This document shows positions 1 to 10,800 of a DNA stretch of 64,000 nucleotides, one piece after another (the stretch's first letter is position 1; the number at the start of each line of letters is the position of its first letter). The notes beneath the pieces are model-generated. The model ran no database searches. It saw nothing but the letters and a program-made list of their open reading frames with translations, and was not told the DNA's origin. The position numbers and the translations under genes were made by a program. The DNA comes from Tubulanus polymorphus (Eukaryota; Animalia; Nemertea), in NCBI RefSeq assembly GCF_964204645.1, contig NC_134031.1:21211910-21275909 (forward strand), given 5' to 3'.

Positions 1-880
1 AATGCCCTCCCATCATGCCTCCTCAACTCTCTTGTCTCCTCTTCACACACCACTCATCTGTACAATAACTACAAAACGATTTGCCATTTTTCACGATCAT
101 ATCAATTTCATTTATAAATCAAAATCCTTAATCAATTGCATCATTGATGGGACTCACAGATACTTTCTTTACACATTTTGGAGGCATTTAGATGACCTCA
201 AATGATCATATGCTTGGGTTGGTCTTGAAAATCACATGGCTTCATTTTACAGATGATTTCTTTATCAATTTCATCAAATTATTCCTACTATTTCTACTCC
301 CTCTAATAAGTATTCACAATATATCTCAGTTTCATGAAAAGTTGCAGCAGTCGTCTGTAAACAGATTTCATTTCATCAAATGATGCGAGTTTGAGTTGTA
401 GAGGTTACATCTAAAACATCAAACCAAACCGGAGGAACTTAATGTTGTAAGGGAGGGGGAGGTATACGGAGGGTTCACCCGAACAAAGGAAATAAGCCCG
501 AACCAAACCTTCACACTCACAAAATGTCGCGAGAAAGGCAAACACAAACCAAGGACAAGAATGATGGCTGAGATCAAAACAATTAATGCTATTTATGTTG
601 CTTCACCAATTCAACATGACGTCACTAAATGAAACCATTGTGGACTATTTCAATACTCTCTACTAGAGGTTTCATATAAGCAAGTAGTTTATGGAATCCT
701 ATTCATAAAAGTTATTAATCAATGTTATTAAACTGCTGATGCAAAATATATACGTCATAAATAATCTGTTTGATTGTCTTTTCAAGTTAACACTTAAACC
801 CAGTGGAACAAATCAAACTCCAGCCATTTTTCCTTCATTTGCCATTTTTCGTTTTTACTCTTTTCTCTGACTTTTAGCAC

Positions 881-1170
881 TTGAGTCGAGGTAGGAATAG
901 ACCCCTGCCCACTCGCTAAGCGTGCAGGACTCTAAACCTTCGAATTGCTCTCGGACCCCACTCTTTATATTTTATCTTTTTTGAGTCGAGGTAGGAATAG
1001 ACCCCTGCCTGCCCTCTAAGCGCGCAGGACTCTAAACCTTCGAATTGCTCTCGGACCCCACTCTTTATATTTTATCTTTTTTGAGTCGAGGTAGGAATAG
1101 ACCCCTGCCCGCTCGCTAAGCGTGCAGGACACTAAACCTTCGAATTGCTCTCGGACCCCACTCTTTATAT
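881..1170. repeat. 100-bp tandem repeat (3 units in A, 1 in B, 1 in C, 2 in D)
   Basis: TTGAGTCGAGGTAGGAATAGACC starts at 881, 981, 1081. Confidence 0.95.
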
Positions 1171-1478
1171 CAGCATTTCATGCTGTTTTATTTTATTCAC
1201 GCATTCGCTTTACATTTTTTCATATGGCTTTTCCTTATTTGTCGTCTCACTAAAATTCTCATCAGTTCCGACTGGGATCAAGTTTAATCTTTTAGAGACA
1301 AACAGCAAAAGGTTGTGTTAGTTGCACCAGCAGCAGCAGCAGCTGCAGCAACACCAGCAGCAACACTGATACAGATGAATCTTTCATTAACTACTTCATT
1401 TGTTCCATTCTCAACTATTGAGTCATGAAGGCAACAGAAATAACTTTTAAAAATGTTAAATCTTTCATTTATGGCCTT

Positions 1479-1651
1479 GGTTTAGTGACCTAAGCATCAA
1501 AGTTTGGTTCATAGCCCAGGTTTGGTGACCAAAGAGTCAAAGTTTGGTTCATAGCCCAGGTTTGGTGACCAAAGAGTCAAAGTTTGGTTCATAGCCCTGT
1601 TAGGTTTACCAAAGAGTCAAAGTTTGGTCTATGGTTCTGATTTGGTGACCA
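1479..1651. repeat. 40-bp minisatellite (4, 3, 7, 8 full units in A-D; also 15140, 22561, 42889)
   Basis: Unit GGTTTGGTGACCAAAGAGTCAAAGTTTGGTTCATAGCCCA. Confidence 0.95.
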
Positions 1652-2974
1652 CGGAGGGTAAATATAGCTCATGAGCGTTGCATATGTTGAATAGGGGAAT
1701 TGGACTAAACACTCATCACTAGAATCAAGTGAAGAATTATGTTCACACTGAATAGGCTCAAAATCTTGGACTAATTGATAAAGTCCGAAATAATTCTGAC
1801 TAATTTGAGTCTACCGGAAAATGATGCATTGGTCGAAGTCTAAAAGCTATAAACTGACAAATTGATCGAGCACTGATAATATTTTAAATAACAGCGGAGA
1901 ATGAAATCACTTTTATTAACTGATATGATCGTGAAAAATGGCAAAATACACTAGATACACCTCCCCCACGCTTTATCAGAGTCTCATTGTAGTAGGAAGA
2001 TTGCCGTAGCCTAACTGTAAAAACTACAACTACATCTGGTTGAATATCATTTGTTTTTACGGCTTTTAAATTCAGTAAAATATTTCCTGATAGAAGTATA
2101 ATTAGTTCGCAGCCCCTTAAATTCTGTCTAGAATAGAATTATAAGTCACAGGTAGAAATAGAATATTATCCTATTCTAAAATGAATATAATAATAGAACA
2201 ATAGTCTCTCCGTGTCAATCTTTGTCCCACCTAAAAATTGTACAGTTTATTCCAGAAAATATGTCCCATCTTTTTGAAAAGGATAACTAATTATTAAGGA
2301 TATCTATGAATAGTGATATACTGTGCCATGAAGGCAAATGAAGAAGTGTGTCAATAAAAGTGATAACAAAACATATCACTTATTCTAATGAGTTCTATAC
2401 TCTTCTTCCAAAAATGAAGAGTAGGTCTCTGTCTAAGAATCTGCAGAAAAAAGAGGAAGCAGCAATGAATGTGAACTGCATCTCGAATCTCGTCAACAAA
2501 TTTCTAAGTCGTCCTATACAGTTCTCAGTATTTACAGCCGTTTTTAAAATAGCACAGAAGAAAATACATCTTTCAGCTGGAAATGTATCAGTAAACCGCC
2601 AGATATCAACAGTAATTATTACGTATGATTGTTGTTTCATTGAATTATTAATGAAACCGTTTTTTGATCGGAGCCAAGGAGCAGTTTGTGATCATTCAAA
2701 AAATATCTCTCATTCCTGACAACATTAAATAATGGCCCTCAAAATTGAAAAGTCCCAATTCAAAAATTATCTCATAACGATTGAGAGAACTGACGGTGAA
2801 ATTACGTGCGCACTCACCGGGGATCAAACCCGGGTCTCATAGAAATAATAACTAGTAAAATAGAACGAGTCCGATTGGCCGATGCTTATACAGCTTAGGC
2901 CTACTGAAACATGACATGTTGCAGTCATGTGTGGCCACATGACATGTTTCATAATGATTAATCCTTTCTTAGAA

Positions 2975-3134
2975 CAGTGTTTTCAATAAGAAATTAACAA
3001 GCCAGGTCCCTTTGAAAAACAGGAGGGTCCCATAATATGTCACAGTCCCTGAAACGAAAGCTTGTTTGAAGTAACAGGCGGGTCCTTTAAAAACGACAGA
3101 TGGGTCTGGGACCTGGCTCTTATTGAAAACACTG
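2975..3134. mobile_element. MITE with CAGTG termini and 5-bp TSD (hAT5-like); also 24244-24410
   Basis: TIR CAGTGTTTTCAATAAGA...GCCAGGTCCC; TAGAA duplicated; empty site in copies B (~16600) and D (~44600). Confidence 0.85.
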
Positions 3135-3209
3135 TAGAATAATAAAAAGATGGGACACATTTTCTGAAATATCCTGAACTTCAAGGCTAAAACTACGACT
3201 AAACCACCT

Positions 3210-3445
3210 GTACCTAAACCCCCACCCTATATCCCTCCCTCCAAAGTCCTAACACCACCCCTATATCCCTCCCACCCTCCCGGACCCCTTCCCTCCCTCC
3301 CTCCCTCACCCCATCCCTCCCGCCCTCTCTCACCCCTTCCCTCCCTCCCAGACCCCTTCCCTAACTCCCACCATCCCCCACCCCAACCCTCCCGCCCTCC
3401 CTCTACCCCTTCCCTCCCCCAACCCTACCCACCCTTCCTAAACCC
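3210..3445. repeat. C-rich polypyrimidine low-complexity tract (also ~11885, 16690, 21020, 24420, 41215, 44690)
   Basis: CCCTCCC/CCCCTTCCCTCCC runs of variable length. Confidence 0.9.
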
Positions 3446-3448
3446 TGT

Positions 3449-3640
3449 GGTTAGGTGAGATGAATGTTCTAATGTTTTAGTTAGACGGATGGGAATCTAA
3501 TGAAGATGAGAGAACATTAAATCACTGTTCAATCACAGGATGAAGTAATGCAGTGATCTGTATCTCAGTATCTGTACACAATGTTACAATGTATCTGTAA
3601 CTGTACAATCAGTATGAAATAAGTACAGCAGTTTAATCTA
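3449..3640. repeat. ~190-bp repeat, inverted relative to 11697-11888 (also 16975, 24787, 44893 vs 20830, 41030)
   Basis: GGTTAGGTGAGATGAATGTTC...CAGTTTAATC is the reverse complement of 11697-11888. Confidence 0.92.
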
Positions 3641-4534
3641 TAGAAATTCGAACTCTTAAGATACACATGATCTGATTGTCACGAAGGAACATGATTGATA
3701 ACAGTTGTATTATTGACATCAGGAACCAGTTTCATATTGATTAGAAATAACATTTGAGTTGATCACAATTTAGAAAACCTGTAAACCCGCTTACAGAAAT
3801 AACAATCCCAATCATGAACTGATTATAGTCAAATATTCACCAAAAGAAATTTGAAATGATTGACTAAATGCAACAGGTTTCTGAGATTTCATTTCAAAAC
3901 ATGGTTTATAACAAACAATATAAAATTGGTCCCTAAAAATCAATTCAACAACCGATAAATAAAGATTAATGTAACTTATCTTGAATTTCCACATAGGCTA
4001 TAGTGATTCCTGATGTCATGCTGAATCCAAGAATGATTCCCGATGTCCGGTGCGAAACCAAAAAAGTCTGATTGTGAAACACTGATTCCTTGTTGTCCTG
4101 TGCAGAATCCAAGAATGATTCCCGATGTCCGGTGCGAAACCAAAAAAGTTTGATTGTGAAACACTGATTCCTTGTTGTCCTGTGCAGAATCTAAGAGTGA
4201 TTCTTGTTTTCCTGTGCTGAATCAAAATTCCCGTTGAACACGTTGAAGTGATACCTGTAATAGACAAATCTAAGATTGTTTTCTTTCCTTAGAAATAACT
4301 GCAGAAATATCAAATCTAAAATTCAAACTTACAAATTAGATTGTTCACTCCAATCTGCAGTTCATTTATTCAAGGGGTTTTTCTATCCACAGTTTAGGTT
4401 TTGCATCTAGAGTTCAACATGAAATATAAATAAGAAAGTAATGAAAAAACGAACAGTTTAAATATTATCTGTTTCTGAAACCGATGAAGATCATCATCAT
4501 CAATATCAGACAAATGGAGGCAAGTAGAGGCATC

Positions 4535-4877
4535 CATCCTCCCGCGGCAGGGAGTCGAACCTGATGGCATCCAGATTGTCACGGTACGAAACCCTGCCAC
4601 ACTAGACCAAGTGCGCAGCAGCTACATGCGCAGCTTAGATGATGTCATTAATAGCCAATTAGAAATTCAGTTTTATTTTAGCCCGGGTTTACCCATTTAT
4701 AGTTCTTCCGTGAAATTTACCTCAGCGATTAACGAGCAATCTGATTGGTGCCCCAAGATTTCGCACGGTAAAGCTGCGCATGTACCTGCGCACCCGGTCT
4801 AGTGTAGCAGGGGTTCGTACCGTGGCTGAGTGTAGCAAGCGATGTCATCAGGTTCAAATCCCTCCCATGGGAGGATG
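4535..4877. mobile_element. Palindromic MITE-like element with tRNA-like ends (also ~17977, ~25872, ~45890)
   Basis: Inner IR CACGGTACGAAACCCTGCCACACTAGACC..GCGCAGCTT (4580-4824) plus outer IR containing B-box-like GGTTCRAATCC. Confidence 0.7.
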
Positions 4878-4999
4878 TCGGTGTCCGACACGTTTGGACT
4901 GTGGTGGTGATTAATATCGGTTTAGCGACAGATGAAATAAACTTACAGTTTTCACTGTTTGATTAAATCAGTCGATGGAATCCTTTTAGAACAAATTCA

Positions 5000-5115
5000 G
5001 GTCTAACTGCAGTTTGGGTCACCTATCCACTGGGTGGTGCTAGTGTTATTGAAGAATAGCGTTATGGTAAGGTTAGGTACATAACCATTAGGGACACCTA
5101 AACTGCAGTCATACC
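5000..5115. mobile_element. 116-bp MITE, GG..CC termini, 8-bp TSD (Merlin-like); also 18442-18557
   Basis: TIR GGTCTAACTGCAGTTT / AAACTGCAGTCATACC; TSD CAAATTCA; empty sites at ~26335 and ~46348. Confidence 0.85.
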
Positions 5116-5394
5116 CAAATTCATTACATCACAGCGAGGTGAAGCCCATCGTGATCTAGAAATATCAGGATGGAATGACGTCATGCTTGACTGAGCGCCA
5201 CCAGTCCAAGTGCACTGTTTGTAGGATGTACCTCTGAAATAATTTGATTTACCACAATATCTGAGATGGAATATTTTTCGCCATTTAAACCAATGTTACA
5301 AACACTTACCAAATATTGAAATACTGATTTCAGGGGTCGGGAAGGAGGGTGGCAATGTTTAGGTGAGGTTTTTGCTAAATTTCGTGTTATGGTA

Positions 5395-5500
5395 AAGCAC
5401 GCCATTTTGATATTGCGTCATAGTGTACCTCAGATTGGGATTCCCGCCGCTAGACTGGTCACTGCCACCTGCATTCGCGAGTAGAAATGGCAACCAGTCT
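5395..5500 (-). promoter_or_regulatory. Putative Pol II promoter (copies at ~18840, ~26615, ~46627)
   Basis: Local CpG enrichment; YY1-type CGCCATTTT (5400-5408), CRE-like TGCGTCA, CCAAT (GATTGG), E2F-like TTCCCGCC, ~90 nt upstream of a GTAAGT donor. Confidence 0.55.
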
Positions 5501-5871
5501 ATTGCAGGTCTCGGCTTCTTTTCGATTATATTAGATTTTGATATTCTACGCATCAAAGAATTTATTCTAATGAAACCCACGCCCTTGGATCAAAGGCCCA
5601 TGGATTACTGCTTTAGTTCACAAAAATTCCGCTATCGTTATTCATAGGGGCAGCACTGAACGGTTGTTATCTGATGCAGTCTTGCTATTTTACTGCGGCA
5701 TGTGAGGAATACAGATTTTTCTTAAGTCAAATTTCATTCATCACTCAACACTAGTTTGTTAGAAATTAATAACTCTACCAACATTAGAGCTTTATATAAG
5801 GAGAGTAAATGGTATGATAGAATCTCCCTAATTCCGATCATTGGGACCAACAAAATTCATCCGTTTTACGG

Positions 5872-5992
5872 CAAATCCGGATTAAAAGTCATTTTCGTGT
5901 ATATGAATGAATAAATTGACTGTAAATATTATCCGGATTAGACCAAAATTCGGATTAAGCCGATGCGGATTAAACGATTTAGTTTGACTGTA
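5872..5992. mobile_element. Solo end of a Tc1/mariner (pogo-type) MITE
   Basis: Repeated CGGATTA subterminal motif ending GTTTGACTG-TA; the other end was not found. Confidence 0.4.
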
Positions 5993-6244
5993 TTAGCCAA
6001 TAGAATCAGTCTTGGAATACAGAAAGACGTTCACGATTGAGTTATGTACAAATACCGATATGAGAAAAGCTTAGATTCACCTCCTAAGCCATCACCCATG
6101 GAAATGGCCCCAGGGCACTAAAAAGGCAATTACCAAGAAACAAACACTGATGCGAGTGTTGGCCTGTTTGATAAACGCAGTAACCCTAGTGTTGGCCTTG
6201 TACCACACTGACCACACGTATTCACAAACTTATTCAGCCACCAG

Positions 6245-6343
6245 AACTCAGCGGTCTAGTGGTTAGCGTGCTCGGCCGGCATGCTGGAGGTCGCCGGTTC
6301 GAGTCCTGCTAGGGTTAGGGTTACGTTCGATCTAGGGTTAGGG
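6245..6343 (+). other. tRNA-derived (SINE-head-like) element followed by TTAGGG repeats; also 28405, 36271, 47511
   Basis: A-box GGTCTAGTGGTTAG, B-box GGTTCGAGTCC, T-stem GCAGG/CCTGC; D and anticodon arms non-canonical; then TAGGGTTAGGGTTAC..CTAGGGTTAGGG. Confidence 0.7.
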
Positions 6344-7267
6344 CTAGTGCCTCAGGTCGGGGCTAATTTTTGGTCCAGCGAGGTATTTGTAGTACGATGA
6401 TCATCTGTTTGACTCGGGTTATTTTTTGGTCAATAGATTCTATACTAACTTATATATTTTGAACACAAATATTTGCTTTATCCTTAGAAGCCACTTTATT
6501 TAAAAGATACTTCGCTCAATACAGTAGTTTATTTCTAAATGAATAAAAGAGTTGGTGACATTATTCAATATATATAAAAACCACAATATCTACTTTACGG
6601 TTGGTATGCAACAATTTCCACTCTTTTCCATATTGGTGTCGCTTTGGATAAATGTCTATATCTCTTGACCCAATGGACCGATTACGATTAAACTTGATAC
6701 ACAGGAACTTTTATCAAGTAGCACTCGGGGTGGGTGAAATCGCTCTAGGTTGAAGTTACACTGTCCTAAAATGGCTCCAAACAACGTGAAATTGGTAGTT
6801 AGGCCTACTTCGAGTACGGGTAGAACACAGTTTGAAATCGTATCGTTGTAGGTTATCGTAAAGAAGATGAATCCGTAGGCACCTAATACGACGATTAACA
6901 GTACAAATATCGATATAGACACGCGGTTTTAGTCGAGACATTGATCGCCGGGTTCAAACATTCCTGGACATGACCATGTTTCACAATTAAATTCATCTTC
7001 TAAATGAGGACGACCATCGATCACGTGTCTAATCGCATCATAATGGGTACGGGGTGTCCCGCGTTCGAACCAAGTAATTACTGATACTGGTTAAGAGTGG
7101 TCTTGATACTGAATAGAGGATGTACAGGGGTATCCCGAGTTCGAACCCAGGAATTACTGATACTGATTCAGAGAGGTCCTGATGCTGATAAGATGATGTA
7201 CAGGGTTGTACCCAGTAGTGGTCCAAGTTGTCCTGATGCTGGATAGAGGATGTACAGGGGTGTCCCG

Positions 7268-7445
7268 ACCGTATGGTGCTGCCGCAATGCTCATCGTTAG
7301 CGGGATTTCCGTACACTAACTGAAGTCAACTCTGGCAATCGTCGTGCTGTCCAGTTAAACTCCGTTACCCTTGCTTGCCAGAGTTGAATAACGTTAGTGT
7401 ATGAAAATCCCGCTACCGATGAGCATAGAGGCAGCACCGTACGGT
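7268..7445. mobile_element. 178-bp hairpin MITE (also ~37297, ~48524)
   Basis: ~70-bp imperfect inverted arms ACCGTAYGGTGCTGCC..CTCTGGCAA. Confidence 0.75.
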
Positions 7446-7709
7446 AAAATGTTGATATCTTAACAAAAGTAATTACTGATAATTGATTCAGAGTGGTCCT
7501 GGTGCTGAATATAGGATGTAGAGGGGCATCCCGGGTTCAAATCCGGTCTGTACTGATTCTGATTGGTCCTGATGCAGAATGGAGGATGTACAGGGGCATC
7601 CCGGGTTCGAACCCAGTAATTACTGATACTGATTCAGAGAGGTCCTGATGCTGATTAGATGATGTACAGGGGTGTCCCGGGTTCGAACCCAGCACTATTC
7701 TAGGTTGTT

Positions 7710-7879
7710 GGGATCATTCATTTATTACGTACGCATACAATTTGAAATTTTCAACCCCCCCCCCTCCCCCTCTGTACGCAAAATCGGACATTTTCTCATA
7801 TACATTTAAGCATAACAGTACGCAATTGCACTGACCCCCTCCCCCTCCCCTAATGCGTACGTAATAAATGAATGACCCA
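7710..7879. mobile_element. PIF/Harbinger-like MITE, copy A only
   Basis: TIR GGGATCATTCATTTATTACGTACGCAT; 3-bp GTT duplication; empty site at ~48813. Confidence 0.8.
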
Positions 7880-10800
7880 GTTTCTCGAAAAATGATAAAA
7901 AAACGCACACACGACTTACAGCAAAATTTATCTACATTTATTCCTCATTGTCATGTAATGCACCTGCCTTTTTAAGAATAGTAGTTGGACCATCGAATTG
8001 AAACCCTCGCATACCAGGGTAAAAAAGAATAAATGAATCCCTCGAGTGGACATCAGGGGTCGCAGTTTCACAAAAAACGATGCATTTTTTAAATGAATTT
8101 GTGAAGAAATTTAATCTGGATCAAATCTCACAAAAAGGACAAAACAGAAATCTTGTTTTTCTTTTTTGTTAATCTTTGACGATAATTAATCCGTCGGTAG
8201 GATTTGGTTTATGATGCGAGGGTTTCAATCAGATTTAGATGCCGCAGCACCGTACGGTAAAATGTTGATATCTTAACAAAAGTAATTACTGATAACTGAT
8301 TCAGAGTGGTCCTGATGCTGAATATAGCATGTAAAGGGGTATCCCGGTCTATTTGTACTGATTCTGATTGGTCCTGATGCTGAATGTACAGGGGTTTCCC
8401 GGGTTCGAACCCAGTAGTGGCCCAAGTTGTCCTGATTCTGAATAGAGGATGTACAGGGGTGTCCCGGGCTCGAACCCAGCACTATTACAGTACTAGGTTG
8501 TTTCTCAAAAATGATTAAATAACGCACACACGACTTACAGCAACATTTATCTATATTTATTCCTCATTGTCATGTAACGCACCTGCCTTCTTAAGAATAG
8601 TAGTAAAGTTTTTTGAGTAAATTACGTATTTCTATGAAACTGAACCCGTGGGATTTACGTGTGACGCACTGAGTGTGTGTGAAACTGCTGACGTCTGTAA
8701 TCACATCTAAAACCACACAGAAAATTCGTCTTTATTTCAAATAAAACAGAACAACAGTTCACACGAAATATTATAGTCACATAATAAAGAAAACCTGTCG
8801 ATATTTCAACTTTATGGTTTCATTGATTGAGTGACTTGTCAAAACATGTCCATATTACATCATTATACAATATGTGTATCATACAATTTTATACAAAACC
8901 AGACCAATAAAACTGGGTCGTTGGGTACAAACAATTACAAACTAATGCAACCAGTTATCGCTGCTTTACAGCTACATTTAATCTTCAATTTCAATTTTCA
9001 CTAAAACTTTAAAACCCACTATATAGAAACTTAATAGAAGTAAAAGAGACAACATTTTGGAGTCTCTGTAGAGACCATCATCAAGTCTGAAGAATAACTA
9101 AAACAGGGAAAAACAAGTTAATTAGGAAAGTAAAGCGAGTGTTCAGTGCTAAGGTTGAGAGGTTTTGTTATTTTGTGCGTATTGGTTGTTCTAGTTATTT
9201 CTTCATTATACTTTTATTATTGTGATTCTGATTCTTGATAAATGAATTACGCTTTTTAAATTTGCATATAGCAGGGTTTAAATTATATATTCTATGCCTG
9301 AGTCAGGCTATTATTCTATTAGCAAAAATGACACCACAGCTTTGAGAGACGAATCAGGGGATGACTCTATTGTTTTTATGGATATGTGATACACAGTCTA
9401 TCAAACCATCACAAACAGAACAACAGTAGGCTGCCCGTGCCGGTCGGCACATATGAACAATATTCATTTGGCTTTAAACTTAAAAATTGCAGATCTGAAA
9501 TAAGTGGCAGCATATCAATCTCCAGGTAGATGGCTGGTTCCTGTCCCTGTCAAATGGCAAATTGGTCCCGATCCCCACTTCGTCCTAGAATAGAGAAAAC
9601 TTGCGTCAGCAAACATTACATTGAAAATGTTCGATTGAATTAACAGTCAAGTGGGAATTATAGTTTTCATGAAAAATTTCGGAAACTAGAATTTATCATT
9701 ACCTTATAATTCTAGATAATTCAACACCATTATTCAATCTTTGGTCAATTTTCAAACTGTTCAATTGGACAAATATCATGCTGCAAAAAATCATCATACT
9801 ATGAAAAAGTAACGTATTTATAGCAGTCTGAAATTGGGGCTAAATTCTATTAGAAAATCAATCATTTTCAAACTTGTGTTGAGAAGAATTAAGCAGCAGC
9901 AGCTGCAGCAGCATCAGCCGCACTGCTTCCCGGAGAATCACACATAAAAATCCTGTACAGAATAATTAAATGTTAGAATATTATGAAATTAGAGCACAGT
10001 GGAGTGATGAAAGACTCACCATTTCTAAACTCATATCAGATAAGTTCAGTGCCATCTAGCAGGATTTCACTTCCAACAGTGATAATGTCATGAAGTTAAG
10101 AGATCTGATGATTTTCTGAGAAAATAAATTCTTAAAACGATAGCAGCAGCTTCAGCAACTAGAGCTTCTTTACTCTTTGAAGGTGAATAATTTTAATTTC
10201 TCCAATTCCAAAAAGTGTTGGGCGTATTGCATTCTGAAAAGAGAAAATTATGCCAGAAATGGTTAATGAAATAGATAGAAACTGCAACTTGTTTGTGTTC
10301 GATTGACAGAAAACCTACCAGGTTAATGAGTAGTTAATCACAATGTGTCGAGTATATGCAGATTTCTGAGAGGTTTGATGGTAGCTTTAGACTGCGTCCT
10401 CAAGTAAAACGTTGATACCTGCCAACATTGACCGATCAAAACATCATTTTCTGGACTTGATTTGAAGATCACCACAAATTACTGCAATAAATCGATATAA
10501 AACTCACCGCTTCTGACTCGTTTGATTTGTAGAGCGCAATGTTTACTGCAAGTTCAGCTTTATTTTAGACCCGAGAATACAACAGTTGTATAATTTTGAT
10601 GATTCGAACTTTGACCAGAATAGAAGTGATTGAAAATTCGCCTTCACTGATTAATGTAGCTTCTAATCAGGAAATGAGTTTATAAATGTACAGTCAAACA
10701 GAGACTAGAATCTGTAGAGATATTTACCTGTACCGTATTGGTTTTGAGGATCTAAAGCGATGTCCATCTTAAACAAATGTGAAGTGAATTCCCAATGTTT

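Larger units (their letters stand above)
1..5410 (-). ncRNA. 5' part of predicted transcript TU1 (continues left of window)
   Basis: Promoter at ~5400, donor GTAAGT at 5309, paralogous to TU2. Confidence 0.45.
7047..8480. repeat. Interrupted ~60-76-bp minisatellite containing GGGTTCGAACCC (also 37070-37630, 48310-48800)
   Basis: Unit AGGATGTACAGGGGTGTCCCGGGTTCGAACCCAGTAATTACTGATACTGATTCAGAGTGGTCCTGATGCTGAATAG. Confidence 0.85.

Noticed and set aside
881-980. Self-cleaving ribozyme
   Set aside because: No CUGANGA/GAAA hammerhead core and no consistent HDV-like double pseudoknot on either strand
2348-2719. 123-aa ORF repeated at 15969
   Set aside because: GTG start, frameshifted in copies C and D, no recognisable domain; recurrence only reflects duplication
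2805-2886. tRNA-Gly-like gene on the minus strand
   Set aside because: Only a degenerate T-arm (GACCCGGGTTTGATCCCCGG) is recognisable; at most an old SINE or tRNA fragment
6245-6316. Functional tRNA gene
   Set aside because: D-stem, anticodon arm and acceptor stem do not pair canonically, and the anticodon region differs among copies
6305-6345. Telomerase RNA template or true telomere
   Set aside because: Only a few TTAGGG units, multicopy and internal; no pseudoknot or H/ACA domain recognisable
6650-6960. 88-aa hydrophobic ORF as a membrane protein
   Set aside because: Non-ATG start, truncated in copy C, and overlaps a GGACCGATT..AAACTTG motif resembling non-autonomous Helentron-type repeats
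10419-10481. Additional minus-strand exon
   Set aside because: Would require a 26-nt intron after the 10507 donor
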